Both the position numbers and the translations under genes were made by a program. Positions 21,975-36,686 of a stretch of DNA of 64,000 nucleotides are shown here, piece after piece. The DNA is taken from NCBI GenBank assembly GCA_965285935.1, contig OZ260661.1:93000001-93064000 (forward strand), given 5' to 3'. The stretch comes from Ophelia neglecta. Taxonomy: Eukaryota. Each line of letters opens with the position of its first letter. Within the stretch, counting starts at the first letter, position 1. The notes beneath the pieces are model-generated. The model was not told the DNA's origin. It was given only the letters and a program-made list of their open reading frames with translations, and ran no database searches.

Positions 21975-24900
21975 GCGGTTCAAATGAGCAGCGTATGACA
22001 TAGACTTTTAAGTCGTAGGTCGGGCCTGTAAGATCAACACTATCTACACATTTTAAAGCTATATATGCTAGTCCTAATATTGACATAAGCTTCACTATTG
22101 TTACATTTTCTCTCTTTAAAAAGTCTCCTTAAACAATTATCTAAAGTTCCCGACAAAGACGAGGGCCTGTTTCTAGTCGGAAGTGAACGACCTTTAATTC
22201 TGAAGACGGCAATATTTGCACCAGGTCATTATAGGTCTTTCGGAAGTAGAAAAAAACAAATTTTGGCTTATTGCAGCGTGCTTAGACTGCATGACATACC
22301 ACCAGATGATGTTTGAACAGAAACCTGCCATGAATTATGAGATTCTAACTATTCTAGGGTGCTTTTTTGGTCGAAGGGAAAGCTATCATTGGGTTTTTAG
22401 GTAGTAGCTCGACAATTTTACTGAAATGATCTGATGTTATATTCCCGAACAAAGAATACTTTGACACTCTATCCTTGAGACTCAAACCAGAGTAAATGCC
22501 AATAGATATGTTTCGCAGAATTGGAGATCGATATATAGAGAGAGGTAGATAGATAAAGGACACGCATGCCTAAACAATTTCATAGTCTAGTGATCTTTAT
22601 TTGACCCCAAAAAAGGCATCAATAAAATTAATTGATTAAGTGCCGACTTTTCCTTTACTATTATAATGCTGAGGTACGTATCAAGTAACCTGTGGTATAG
22701 CAGGGACGGTTGTACAATTTGTTCCTCAATTCCACATTATGTGATCAAGACTTGAAAAAGCATTATTTTTTTCGTCATTTGAATGATACTTATGCCTCAG
22801 CATCAATAAAGAACTTGGGTATCCACGTAAATTTGCATAACCGAAACCATAGCCTACAGTACTTTTTTTATACATTTATATTTAAGGGTACACGCAAAAC
22901 TTAATATTAGCACGGCACAATCATTGCCAAAAGCCCTTTATGTACACTACAGTCATTGACACATAAACCTGAAGCCCTGCGCTCTGACCTTGTCAGGAAA
23001 AAAAGGGCGATAATACAGTACTTAATCCCCTTGTCTTTTTAAAGAAACCTATGCTACATTAGCTTGCATAATAGTAGTTTTCCTAAATTTCCTGAGCTGC
23101 CTTGGTCTAGCAATAGCAGTATTAAGGAAGCCCCCTACAGTTACTTTAAAAAAAATTAGGCCGATATCTCACGCTCAAGGATTGCAAGTATATCTATGTA
23201 TATGTATTACCAATTAATTTCACGCTTTTATATTTGCCCTATAGTCAGTGTCCTGTATATTTCAAATCAAACTTGAACCAACGATTTGGCGCCTGCCCTG
23301 GTTAGTGATGTTTTGAGATATTCAGGGAGGGACAGTGGCGCCATTTTGCACCTTTTTATATGCCATTGACACGTCTTTTAAAATCGCAATACAGAAGCTA
23401 TTAGACAGTCACATATACCGGTACTGATTATGTGTACGAACTTGAAGTGCTCTTCAACCACCCTTCAAACTCAATGAGCGGGTTTAATCCTGACACTGAC
23501 CTGTTGACCCGGCACGCCATTCGCGCAAAAAGGCCAACAACCCAACCTAGAGGATAAACTAGGCGTAAGACTGGCACGCGAGTCGTTTGTTTACTATCCA
23601 CAAAAATAAAATAAAGTAAACACACTTAATTCTTTCTGGATATCTCAAGAAGGGTATCTTACTAATTGACATTGTTAGCTAAGTGTCTCTTTCCCAAAGC
23701 AAAATTCAGGACTTTTTTGAAGGAAAGTAGTGGTTGATACCTCTCCAAACGACTGGATGATCTTCTGTGTACCCATCAAATACTTCAGAAGCTAGAGAGT
23801 CAATGATACATCGTGGATTGATTCAGGAATCACAGTACATTGAATGGCCCACGGTACACTTCACACCAACTCATGCTATTTAAAGAGACTGTGAAGCGCC
23901 GGTAGAATTATATATATAACCGAAAATGTGGCAACTTGCGTAAATTATATCCCTAGATTTAGTCTAAACTCGAGTTTGCTCAATAATATTACAGGGAGGA
24001 GGGGCGTATGAAATGATAGCGCTACTACTAAGTAAAAACACTTGGTTGACCCAGGCTACCCGCCATTACGACTTTTGTCAAGGATGAGAGAGTTTTGACT
24101 CTACTATTGCCTATAGATACCAATTATAATATAGTTTTAAACTTCTGCACACTTATCATATTGAAACGATAGCCAGTGTGCAGAGCTGAAGAATGCCCTG
24201 TATAACTTTGATCCCATGTATTGACTTAAATGGTCTTATATACCCAAATATATAATAATAGGCCTACTACATTCCTATGTTTTGTGGCAGGCTCCATTCA
24301 ACCGTGGCCATTTAATTTCGAGACAGGAGGTTTTCTTGGCTTAGTAAACGTCACTATGTGAGCTACTCTATGTAAACTACAGACATTGTAACGTTCATCA
24401 ACAAATTTCTACGACACCAATGTTGAAGTATCAATCATAGCTTTTATCTTTACGCCGAAAAATACAACTGGTCATGTGCCTTATATGTAAATTTGCAAGT
24501 AATGCTCGGGCAATCCCGTATCACATTGGTCTAAAGTTTGGCCAGAATAGTGGCCTACCCACACGTTATATGTGATTCACATTAGAACCTGGGTTAATAT
24601 ACCCAGTGTTGTCATTACAGAGGATTGTGTCTGTCTATTGAGACCACCTTTGCAAAGAGACCATAGTGGTAAATGTCCAACGTGGTTTTCATTCACAGGT
24701 ATCTCCATAGCTACCTTTTAATTTCCATCGGTATGGTACTAAGACATTTTCCTAGCATCAACTATTAAATTATAGACTAATAACATGTTGATACCTTATA
24801 GTTTACCGCTATACCCTAGTGATGTTTATCAGTATCACTGAGAATTTCATAACTTTGCTGCACAATTGAGAGGTACACATAGAGGGTGCATTCATATGGC

Positions 24901-25828
24901 ATGGCGGCCATATTGGCCACACTTGTTGGACTTGTTTGGCCAAAACAGATATTCATTAATCATATTTTAAACCAGTATAAAACCCATTGTGACAACCGCA
25001 AAATCGTAGTAATACCGGGCTGCCTTGCCGTCCGTTGACTTGTTAACAGTGCGCCTGTCATTGCGGATTATAACACTGCTATAGGGGGTCTGTTTATATG
25101 ACATGACACATGTCTTTTGCAAGTCAATTTCTTCCCACTGGAGAAATGTGAATGTTTCTTAATTTTGTGGGGTCATGGGGGCGCTCTGGTGGAAAAGGTA
25201 TGCTCAAAATAACTTGTAAAGCATGGTGCAGTTGACATTGTAGTAGGTTAAAATCATAATTCATGCAACTATAGTTATTGGGAGGACAATCATTGCATGT
25301 CTGTGGTTATTGACAGACAGAGAACTTGGCGTATACAACCCATTTAGTATATCAAAAATACTCTTAATAAATATCGTCTGAATTCTATCGTGATCTACGT
25401 TCAAATTGGTAGCAGACGATCTTACTCTGTCAATAACATTGAAAACAGCGAATGTCTTTAATACTATTAACGAGTGGCTTCCATTCTAAAATGCCTCGAA
25501 ACGTGGTGGACAGCTATGTGGGTTGGAAATAGTTCTCTAGTAAAGCAACTTAACCCATTTCTGAACTAAACAAACGTTGTCTCTGTATTTCTTAACCGAA
25601 ACAAGCACACAGGGTAAATAAGAGAGAGACACAGCAGTCCGGGAGATGCACCTACTGACTATATTTACACAGTCTGCACGTCTCTGACGAGCAATGCTTG
25701 CTGCCTGTAGATTGAAGGTTGTAGTAAGTTTTTAGCCGTGATATTTCGCTTAAACAACCTACAAACTTATCTAGCTTTAAAGCAAGAGTCTTTGATTATT
25801 TTATACTTAGTTATATTGATAATCTTAC

Positions 25829-26070
25829 CTCTCTTGGATCCTGCTTAGCAGCAATCCTATGCGAGTCCTGGCTGTTAAGGTTTCCGTCCTATCAGAACAC
25901 CAAAGGGATAGTTCCTGCACAATGGTCACAGACGAATGCACAATCCTGTTCTTTAGAAAACAGAAAACTTTGAACCCTTCCATACCAGTTCTCTGACGCT
26001 GTAAACAGGTATGGCCCCTACACTCGCGAGGGGTCAACGCGGGGCTCTCCGACGGGCGACTTGCACATTT
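25829..26070 (-). other. Candidate upstream non-coding exon of gene A (5' limit uncertain)
   Basis: Strong GAG|gtaaga donor at 25828; GC-richer island; TCGCCCGTCGGA motif resembles one in 41790-42090. Confidence 0.35.
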
Positions 26071-27650
26071 TCCATAAACATCTTGATATCAACGCTATGT
26101 AGTTTGCGCTTAACACTCCGTACATTGGTTGACTGCTTTGCACTGAAGCGACGATTTCGAGCAAAGTCGTCGGCAAAGAGGGCTAGCAGGTATTACTAAA
26201 ATACTTGTTTATAAAATCAACGTCATTTTAATGATAGAACTAAAGTTTCATACAAGTCAATGCACAGGTGCACACTGTCTTTAACAACAAACATATTGAC
26301 TTGTCATGTACAGGTGAATTCATGTTATCCCGGTAAAGCTAGTTCGTTTAGATTCAGTGTTGATTGTTAAAGTTGAAATGCTATGGTGCATATTGCTATT
26401 TGAATCACTAGTTATGATTAGCATTGCTTGTCTGGTTAGAAAGCAGGTTATGTTAGGATAGATGAAGGACCAAAAGAAGTTACAAAATACTAGTTTTTTT
26501 GTCGTGAATGCGGTTTACAGATACGCTTCCCTTAGCTTGTGATAGTGATAAACCCACTATGTGTTTTTGTCCCACATGTCTTCGTTTGGTTGTTTATGGA
26601 CGGATTCAACTTAGTGATTCACAAATATAGATCTTTATCCCAAATAAGAAAAGTGCCTTATAGAAGGGTGTTTTATAGAATCTTGCTTATGACAGAATAT
26701 CAGCTTAATATTGATGAAAAGAGGGATTTCAATGCGATATTTATATTCAGTAGTCGCCATATGCGTAATCATATCGTCTTCAGAATATCGAAATGACCCT
26801 CTCCTGACCTCTATCACATGCCCAATGATACATTAAAATGTGGATTCATCTTCTGCAAACGTTAATAAAATTCTTCAGTTTAAAGCATGCATCATACTCA
26901 ACGTGTAGTCACCTTTATACAACGTAAAACTGTATCAGAGGTACCAAACTATAACAAATCTATGAAAAACTATGGGTAATTGTTTACGCTAACAAATATT
27001 ATCTTGTGCCATTTATCTCTAGATGATATATGTATACGATAGAAATAATATTTCTAACTTGGTAGCTTGTATTTATACACTGGTAAAGCCCTTAATATTC
27101 ATGGTATTGTGTCTGAAATAAAGTACACTTCATAGGTTCCCATTTATAATAGGTAGAACCATGATTAATGTGTCCGTTTATCTGCAATCATATAATAGCA
27201 ATCACGCTAGCGACATTATCTGAAGGCTTGAAGATCAAAAGTCAATACTTTAGGCGCTTGCTATGAGGAAATGCAGAAAAGTCTTTTCTTGTAATCATAA
27301 ATTGTCTCTAATGCAGTTATTATTGTATATATACTGAATATGAACTGCTACACCTAATTTTGCACTGTATTGTATTTCTTAATCGCATTCGACTTTCATT
27401 TGAGAAAATATCAAAACCACCATGCTGATTTAGTACTCCCTTGAATATATCCTGAAAACCTGATAAAGGATTATCCTTGATGAGTGATATGTCAGCAGTT
27501 ATTGCAAGTTTAAAGGATATGGTTCCAGAATTATGTGAGGATAAAGTTATCGTTTGATGTAAGCCATTCCGCAAAATAACTACCGCATTTATTAATGCTG
27601 AGGGTTTGTCTTTGAGTCATTCCCAAATATATAGCCAAGGGAGAAGATGT

Positions 27651-27716
27651 TGTGTGTGTGTGTGTGTGGGGGGGGGGGGGTTAGGGGGTGGGGTAGCGGT
27701 TGGGTAGGGGTTGGGG
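27651..27716 (+). repeat. (TG)n microsatellite followed by G-runs
   Basis: TGTGTG...GGGGGGGGGGGGGTTAGGGGGTGGGG... Confidence 0.7.
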
Positions 27717-28016
27717 AGGTCTCATAACTCAGCTATCTTCTTCCCCTCTTTATCCCCATCTGCCTATCCTACATCCTGCCCTATCCCTTCTCACTGCCTG
27801 CATTGCTCATCGTCCTCTTCGATGCCCCTTTTCCTTCCCAGTCTTCTTTATAAACCTGCACCTAAATCTCCCTTACTTCTTCCCCGGCGTTTCCCATCCT
27901 CCTTCTCCCCTTCCCCTGTCCTGTCCACCTGTCTCGCTTCCGCCTCTTCCCCTCTCACTGGCTTTGCTGTATGTTGAATCACTTAAGGTTCTTCCGCCTT
28001 TTGCACCGGTCTTGAG

Positions 28017-28040
28017 AGAAAACCGGATATCCGGTTTTCT
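28017..28040. repeat. Perfect 24-bp palindrome
   Basis: AGAAAACCGGATATCCGGTTTTCT. Confidence 0.85.
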
Positions 28041-31000
28041 TCAAATTTCCTAGTGCCTAATACCAGATAATCTTTCAAATGATAGCCCTTACTTGCCCAA
28101 TCGCAATGGTGTCCATCGCTGCCACTTGTCCGTCTGGTGTCCAGACTTAATCTCACTGTCAGACAATCCAGTCAAGAAAAACCCACAGGGTAGAGTTAAA
28201 TATAATCAGGCTTAAAAAACTGCAGAGGCAAGTATAAAGATGCGGGAACTAAAACTATTTACTATGGTTCATACACCTTCGTACACAGTATAGTTCGACT
28301 TATTCGATAGCCTATGAGTACACTATCATGTCCTCTTTTCATGATAATCCCAAATTCCCGTTGAGCAGCACCTCATCTTAACAAGACAAGCCACGCCCTG
28401 CTGACCACCACACTAGGCCTATCAGACAACCTTATCAAACCATATCTAAGCCAGTCTAACCTCCTTGCATAGCTGTCCGGCTCACAAAGCACACTCTATT
28501 AATCAGGTTTTGTTGTGTCCTCTATACATTGAGCGTAACACATCTATTAAATATTTAATTTTGCTACCAAAAGGAATTTTTCATTTTCTTGGAGGCTTGA
28601 CTTAAATATCTTTAAGATAGTTTCGTCTTTTATGACTGAATAAACGAAACAAATATAGTTGCAATGTTAAAAAGAGGCTGATGAACAACATATAGATAGG
28701 GGAAGGGGAGTGTATTTTGGTAGAGAATCTGTGTAAGTTGGATTTCTTTGAATTTTAAGTTTATAAACCATCTCAACAGCTCACACCAAGCTACTATCTG
28801 TATTTACCACACCCATATCAAAGTGGTCGGATGTCTAATCCTTCAGCCATTCGACTTAATAATCGAAACTTTGGTAAGGTTTGAGTCGGGCAAAGCTAGA
28901 ATTTTGATGTGATGCCCAAAAGCCTTTTATAGACTCTTTTTGTTTGCTCTTTCTATCTTCCTCCCCTTTTAATTATCTTTGTTTGTCTATACTCATCCTT
29001 CCCCACCTTCTACTCATCTTCTTTCTTATCTACCACTCCCAAATATGGAATATGTCTTCTTAGTCACACGTTGACAACTTACTAGCTTATCAAATGTTGA
29101 GCCCCTGACTCAAATCTCGGAATACTGCTAATTGGTTCTCATTGCAAATGATATAAAAATTAAATTAGTTCCTTTTTAAGTTCTCCACAATGTTGTAGAT
29201 AGTTTGGGAACAGGTGATTATTTTGTTGGTTGGCAGCTGACAGTAGTTTCGGATATCGAACCGATACAATTGAATATTTGTGATTAATGGTTTTACTTTT
29301 TATGTCGGGGTTCCACTTCCGCTTTCCCAATCTTGCCACCCCTATTCCATGAACCTTTCTCCTTGTCTGCTTCTTCCATCCTGCTCATCTGACCGCCTGG
29401 CCTGTCGAGCCCCAGCCCTGCCCAAGCCGGCCTCCACCCAGTGCCAATATTTGCCTCTCGCATCCTAACCAGTCTCGCCCTATATTGTTTGATGCATCTC
29501 CATAACTTCATCTTCTCTGACTATTGCATCTGTTCACTTTGTCAAACTCCACACCTCCTCCCTTCATATTGCTTGTTTACTCCTCATATTTCTTTTCATA
29601 GTGTTATAGCATTATGTCATTAACGTGCATTTAAAGAGTACTTGTTTGATCCGCGTAGAATGTTCATAAATACCGATAAGTGTTTTGAAACAGTCTGAGT
29701 CCATGTCACAAACAAAACCAAAGCAATTGACTATTAAAAGATATTCAGCAATATATTTCAGTCGGTTTTGTATGGCACTATTAAGGGAGATGGGCGAGGC
29801 ATTGAGACTGTGGAGGGAGGATGGTTTGAAAAGGGAGAGTATGGAGAGACAAAGAGAATTGGAAGAGGGAGAAAGATGGGAGTGGCAGGCAAAATAAACT
29901 AGAATTGCCTTTAGGACATCAGTCAACCGTGTCAATTTATTCTTGTATGTATTATACATAGGCCTATGTATTATGACATATTACCATACCATGCACTTAG
30001 AGTTTACCCATTTGAAATCCGTGCAGAAAGGTCAAAAATATTATTGATAAGGCAATTGAACTTTCTGAGTGTCTATTTCACAAAGATCGAGAAGAAAAGC
30101 ATTTAACTGTTAAAAGATCATCATCAAGGGAGTTCAGTTAGTTTGGTATTAAATAGTAACTTTATGCGGATCTGGGAAAGGGGTATCGTTATTGCGGTCC
30201 GCCCCTGTATATTCACGAAAATTCTCGGTGCGCCATTGTTGATATCTTGTTAAAACAAAGGTCAGGATAACTGTTAATGTTGTTATTTTGGCATTCGCCA
30301 TACTGGATTAATTATTTGTCTTTATCTGCATCTTTTGCCTGCCTCTTTGCAGTATTGAATAGAGTCTAGTCATCCTCATCCCACTTTTCACTTGGCCTTT
30401 TCACCTAATCGTATGTCCAACATGCCACATATTCTTTCTCTGCTGTCTAACCCTCCGTCCTATCCAATGCCTTTGACAGCCCGAGCTCCATCTCTCATTC
30501 TTCTCCCTCGTCTTATTACCTACTCCATCTGTCCTCCCTATTTCTCTCAACAAGTCCCGGCTTTTTGTTCCATCCATTCCATTAATTAACCTTTTCAATT
30601 TTTTCCTGTCTACATTCTACACCGTGTAGAGGATTATAATATTACGGGGCTCTGTGAGAGTTTACCTACCTGAAATTAGTGGAGAAAGTTCAAGGGCACT
30701 GATAAGTCGCTTTTGTATGTCCAAGGCGAACATCCCAGGCCATTTCTTCGAAAATGCTCGATCTGCCATTGTTTTTCTCTTATTCAAATACGACCATAGA
30801 TAACTTTAAAAGTTGTACGTTTGGAATTCGCCTTGAACATAAAGCCTATGATACCACTAAGGGTCGTGGTTTTTTCATGTTAAGATATCTGCTATTCTTT
30901 AGACCATTTTAGCACTTAAGGACATGAGTTGTGTTTGTAAGTAGAATCAAACCGTGTAATGGTATTATATCTATAGTAAAGCCCTCTCTCAATCCATCGT

Positions 31001-31693
31001 ACAAAGCACTAACCCACCTCTCACCTGATCTTCAGTACGTACCTAACTCAATCAATCTTACATATACCTAGCCACCTCATGGCTGACAATTGGTTCAGTA
31101 CATGTTTTTTCTAATGCTCAGATTCCAAAGCTACTGTTATGACATGAGACGACAAAAACCCCTGAGATTGGTTCAACCAGTGTGTAACACGGGGTAATAC
31201 CTATGTCTAACCCACTGTAGTCTCCTATATAAACACCTAGGTGCGGGCTTATAAACCAGATAACATCAGGACAATAAAAAGTGACACAACCACAAGTTCG
31301 TTCGCTATACATCTGTACTAGAAAAATGACTGGATCGGCCAGAAACGGAGACCGCATTTTGAAAACAAAGGTGCCCTTAATAATGTTTTGTGGCTGAAAA
31401 GCTGACAGTATAACTTAAGATATTTAAAATTGATGAGGGGGAACTTTTAAAACAAGGATGGTTATAATGATGCTTTGTATTTTGTTTTTGCGGTGAATAG
31501 AACATGGTTAATCAAATCTTTAGATATATAAAACAGAATTTTGAATTGAGCATCCAACCCTAAGATAAAATGGTTTGGTAAATGCTGTTCCTAAAAACAT
31601 CTCCTTCCATCTAGGTAAGTGTCGATATTCCATCAAGGAACCATCTCGCACCAACAGCATAAACATCTTTTCCCTCATCGTGGATTTATAGTA

Positions 31694-31864
31694 CAGTGAA
31701 ACCTGCCTTAAAGACCACCTCTGTTATCAGACTACCTGGCAATTCAGACCACTAATATCAGTATCATGCTTTCAATGGGAAATAACCTGTCTAAACAGAC
31801 CAACTCCGAAATCAGGCCAGCATTGTCAAGTCCCTTGGGTGGTCTTAATTCACAGGTTTCACTG
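31694..31864 (+). mobile_element. Tc1/mariner(pogo)-type MITE, family 1
   Basis: TA-CAGTGAAACCTG...CAGGTTTCACTG-TA; internal AGACCA sub-repeats; homologous to 37689-37866 and 38386-38743. Confidence 0.85.
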
Positions 31865-32046
31865 TAATGCCAAAAAGATGATAATTTCTGGTGATTGTAA
31901 TTGTTGTCTGAATGAATGTGAGGGGGGAATTAAACCACCAGCTAGAAAGCAAAGGTTCAATCACCTGAGAAACACAACGACTCCTAATCATAACCTAGAA
32001 TAAGCTGGATAAGCATGTTTAGACCCTATAAGTATAAACTCCACTA

Positions 32047-32224
32047 CAGTGGTGCCTGCGATGTAGGGACACCTCTACATCCAAGCAAAGGTGTCCCTAC
32101 AATGCAAATGTCCCTTCATCAGAGGGACAATAACATAGGAAAGATAGGACATGGGCATTGAAAAATGTCCTGTGTTCAGAGGGATTCCCTTCATCGGAGG
32201 GTCCCTTCATCGCAGGCAAAACTG
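32047..32224. mobile_element. Tc1/mariner(pogo)-type MITE, family 2
   Basis: TA-CAGTGGTGCCTGCGATG...CATCGCAGGCAAAACTG; internal TCCCTTCATC repeats. Confidence 0.75.
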
Positions 32225-33302
32225 TGTATGCCTTTGTTATTAAGAGGAAGATTAGATATAGAGTTATGTATTCTATCTGTCCTGAATTTGACTAGATTGC
32301 CTGCTAAAAAGGGTTTCGTTTAATTTGTACATTTTGCTGTGAGGAACTAGATAGCAGACTTAGATATTGGAAACTTAATGCTAAACTATTACCTGAAAAT
32401 GGTTACCGTAAAACGCGATAAACACAGTCATGGAATGTACTCTTAAGAACACAAAGATTATATTAATAATTGAAAGCTTTGCGAAATGCGTACGATGCAT
32501 ATGGAAATGTCGTCTACCAAACACCCTATAAAGGATGGAAGTGTTAGTTTAAAAATGGTTCATGTAGGTACAAATTAACAAAGGTAAAGACAAATTTACA
32601 ACACCGAAAATAAAATTGAAAATTCAATGTAATAGAGTCATCCGCATATTAGATCAGCGAAGAGCAGTATTGATGATGCACTATATAAAAATTAATTATT
32701 AAAGTAAATGTGATGAATTTAATTAAGAATGTTACAATTCAAATAGCATTGTTATAGCATTGATAAAAGAGTTTGTTGTCACTAATCTCTGCGGGCTCTT
32801 TCATTCTGTGTAAACTAAACAATTCAAAGTTGCCTGTGGATATTAATTACAGTATTGTTTGTGGCCCTGCACAAATCAATGTAACGTCCGATTTCAGGGC
32901 ACATTTTAAGAGTATTTTTAGTTATTGGTCAAAGATGGGCCGTTGTTTTGAAAAACCTTTAAAATGTGAATACTTCCTTCATTCTATCAAAAGTGCTTGG
33001 CAACAGAACATAGCGGTTCTAAGTTCACCTTATCATTGTACTCCATTTGCTATTTTGTCAGTTTAGATACGTAGATTAAGTAATTTAATTGGTCTAATTG
33101 ATAATAAGTTTGATGCTAATTAACTGGTTTATCTTAAGCTATATGGTTTGAGAGTCTCCTAGCAACAGCATTGTCTACCAACTTTGGCAAATATAGCAAA
33201 TTGGATACTGGTCTAAAGTTTGCCAGGCTCCCGTTGATGAACGAAACTTTCTTCATCAGTGGGCTTAATAAATGGTACCCATCACATGGAGCATAGAAGC
33301 CG

Positions 33303-33360
33303 CCCCTGCCCCCCCCCCCCCGGCCCCCGGCCCCACCCCGTCCGCCCCCCCCCCACCCCC
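33303..33360 (-). repeat. C-rich tract (G4-capable on minus strand)
   Basis: Multiple C4-C13 runs. Confidence 0.6.
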
Positions 33361-36300
33361 TGTCTCTAGCGATAAAGTGTCAATGCCAAAAATCGTAGAG
33401 AGAAGGTCATCCAAGTAGGCCAGGTTTGGATTTGGGCCGGGTTGGACGACTTGGTAGGTGATGCCTCGATGATGGCTGTGTTAATCCTTCTACGATGGCT
33501 GTGGTGAAAGTCATCAGAGGGAGAGCTTTAAATTCTGTACATAGGATGTTGTTTTTGCTGTCACTTCTGAGCGTATCGAGAACTGATCTGATTTGGTTAA
33601 CTTGCCAGTGAAAAAGTTAGCGATTGTGTCAGCAAGAAATTCTGACATATAGGCCTAAATTGGGACCCGCTCTCGAAATCTTAGTTTATTACCTCCGTCG
33701 GTCCTAAACTAAAATACTGGTATATTTCGCGTCCGGGAACTTATTCCTAGGGTTTTGAGTCCGGGGCACTTAACAGCTTGGGGTGAGGAGGCGGGGGTGA
33801 GGTGGGGGGTAGCAAATGATCTTATATACCTGCAGGCATTTATTACCATATTAATGTTTTCCCAGAAATATCTAAATTCAAGGTGTTTATGGACAATTTT
33901 GGACTTCTGATCACAAATCTGGCCATTGGTTGTATATAGTTGGCAGTATATTTGACAACTGTAAGACTTTTATCCAATTATTTTACGTGTTTTTATGAAT
34001 ACCGTGGTAGTAAAAGTGAAGCGCACGTGGATGTGTTTACATGAGGGAGGGTTGAAGAACCGCGTATAGCGTAGAAGTGAGTTGACCACCATACTGTGAA
34101 TTCTTAACCGCTAATAACACTTCCTTCAAGATGATATATGATTTAACACTGAACGAATGATTTGAATATGACTTTAAAAATGAAACGTTATAATGGTGGC
34201 TTATGGCAATCCTAATCCGCCCTCCAGGCAGAGATCTGAAAACTGCAAGTCTGGCAGGATGGCGAGCCAATCTCATATGTCTCTTGGAACTGGCATCATA
34301 AAAGTTGATGAAAACACTGGTTCCTCTGGCACAATACACTAGGACAGCGAACTAGATAGTCTCGTTTGTGTCTACATAGGGCAAAATTCAGAGTACTACC
34401 ACAACTGATTAGAATCAAATGGCGGAGTTATTGGAAGTTTATCCCATGTCGCAATAGAAATCCATGGGTTTTTATGATAAGACTTAGGTTGAAAACCCCA
34501 AAGAAAAACAATGTGCTGGTCTTCTTTATTGACGGAGGCCTTTATAATATCAATTTATCTTCCGAAGTACTATTTTCCCGAAGACATCAGTGAGTGACTA
34601 CTATATTTCTTTATTCTGCTTGTGGACAAATTATATTATTTCCTTTAATTTGAGCACATAGCTGGTGACGCTTTCATTACGGGAAAGGAACAAAGAGTAT
34701 TTTTGCTGTGTTTCCCCTTGTTACGGATGCCCTAGCTGAACGTGCCGACTTTAAATCCTCGTCATATTATGGAAGACGCCAGACCACGATTGACGATGAA
34801 AAGTTTACAATGATCCTGTGGGCCTATTTATATATAATATATCTAAATTATGGTAATATTAAAATGAAGAAAACAGCTTATTATTATAAATGTCTTTGTC
34901 CTAGACACTAAGAATAGCAATGACAATGAGTTTATTGGCTATTATTTAGTGTACAGAATCATTAGCGTAAGTATTTAATGATCTCGCAGGCACTCCTGCC
35001 GAGGCAATCTTAAATGAATGAGAACTACATGTACCAGAAAGAATTACTCGCTGCCGCCGCTGGTTCGGTAATCCATGACCCACGACAAAGTGCCAAATGT
35101 AATACCACAAAATTGTAATTCGTAATTCTCGAAATTATAACACAATAAATATGATTTTTATCGACATGTATACAATTATTGGTTGGTAATTCAATGAACT
35201 GCGACTGGAAGTATTGCCATTGAAAAGGCAGATTCAGATCTGCAGTGTTTATAAGTGTGTGACCTATATAAACATGCCTAATTTCGAAGGTCCCTTCCAT
35301 GTAACATCACTTATTCTATGAAAGAGGCCATACTGAGTGAAAAAAAATACCAGACTATTACAGTATTGTCAGATCTGTACCAAACGTCGCCTTTGGCTTT
35401 TCTGTTACCAAAGAAAAGCATTTTAAGTGTGTTTGTGCCACAAAATGGCCGCCTCATCAAGATCTATCACCATGGATACTGACCTAAGGGGCATTGTTAG
35501 TGTGAACGTAATACATAAAGGCCTAACGTTACATACCGTGCCAGTTAAGGCATTTTTTATTTTGTTAGCTAAGCCATTTCTCTTTATCACTCAGGTTATA
35601 TTGTCACTATTTAGTGTTATTTATGCCATTTTCATAACATGCATTCATGTCACCTATCTTACTAACGGCCATTTCTATTAGATTAGGGCACTCAGGCTAT
35701 GTGGGTTCAAAGAATTTTGTAACTTAAGCCATATTCCATTTTCATTTATGGCCTTACTACATGTATCATAATCACAGATAGATATTAGTAAAGAATGTTT
35801 ATAATCATTTTAATCTCAGAAGGAATGTTCTTATAAAAAGAGCCGGTAAAAATTTGACCGAATATATCAAACTAGCATGTTCATCATTAAATTGGTCAAT
35901 ATTAATGTTTTTTATGGATTATCTCAAACTGTGAACATGGAGGCCATTTTTTTCTATTTGTGGGACGATATATTGATAACCAAATCAGATTTTTTTTTTA
36001 TACAAAATCGAAATTCATGTAAAATAGGTATTCAATGTGGTCAAAATAGAGTTATTCTTAATTCCCTTTCCTGCTAGGAGTTTTAAATGTACACCTTTCT
36101 TCACAAGACCAGGGAGTCCCTTTCAGCAATATGCTAGTAGGCCTAAACGGATTTGTGCATCGTTGATGCTTTTTCATTAAACGTGATATAATGCTAGACA
36201 CGATTATAAAAGAAATCTTATATTTGTTAAACTTATCAATGTGTTTGACCCTTCGTTAACCTGGACACTAAAAATAATTGGCTGAACTTAATAATAGTTA

Positions 36301-36634
36301 TTTTGTTGAATATAGTAAGTGACCTATGCGACAAAGTTCAATTCAATGTTATTCATAGACCGAGCAATCGGTATAACTTAATACGTGTAAATTAATGCGA
36401 TAAACAGTTCTTACCGGGGGTTGTATTAGTATAATATTCTTTGACTAATTTGTCGATGAAATATTGATTTCAATCATCGATTCAACGTCGCATTTTAATA
36501 GGAATTATTGATACACGTGTGCGAGAATTGGATATGTTCAGGGTGACAATAATCGGCTCTAGAATATTCAGGTGTAGACATATGAGAAAAGTAAACTTCT
36601 TTTATTAACCAAAAGGGCATTCGAGTATGGGCCG

Positions 36635-36686
36635 TGGGGGGTGGGGGGTTGGGGGGGGGGGGGTTGGGGGGAATATGGGGGGGGGG
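36635..36686 (+). repeat. G-run tract (G4-capable)
   Basis: Five runs of at least 6 G. Confidence 0.65.

Noticed and set aside
23470-23560. tRNA/SINE-like A and B box resemblance (also near 46215)
   Set aside because: No cloverleaf and the boxes are too degenerate to support a call.
27700-28053. Pro/Leu/Ser-rich ORFs (also 29280-29959 and 30392-30598)
   Set aside because: Low-complexity pyrimidine/purine tracts; no coding signature.
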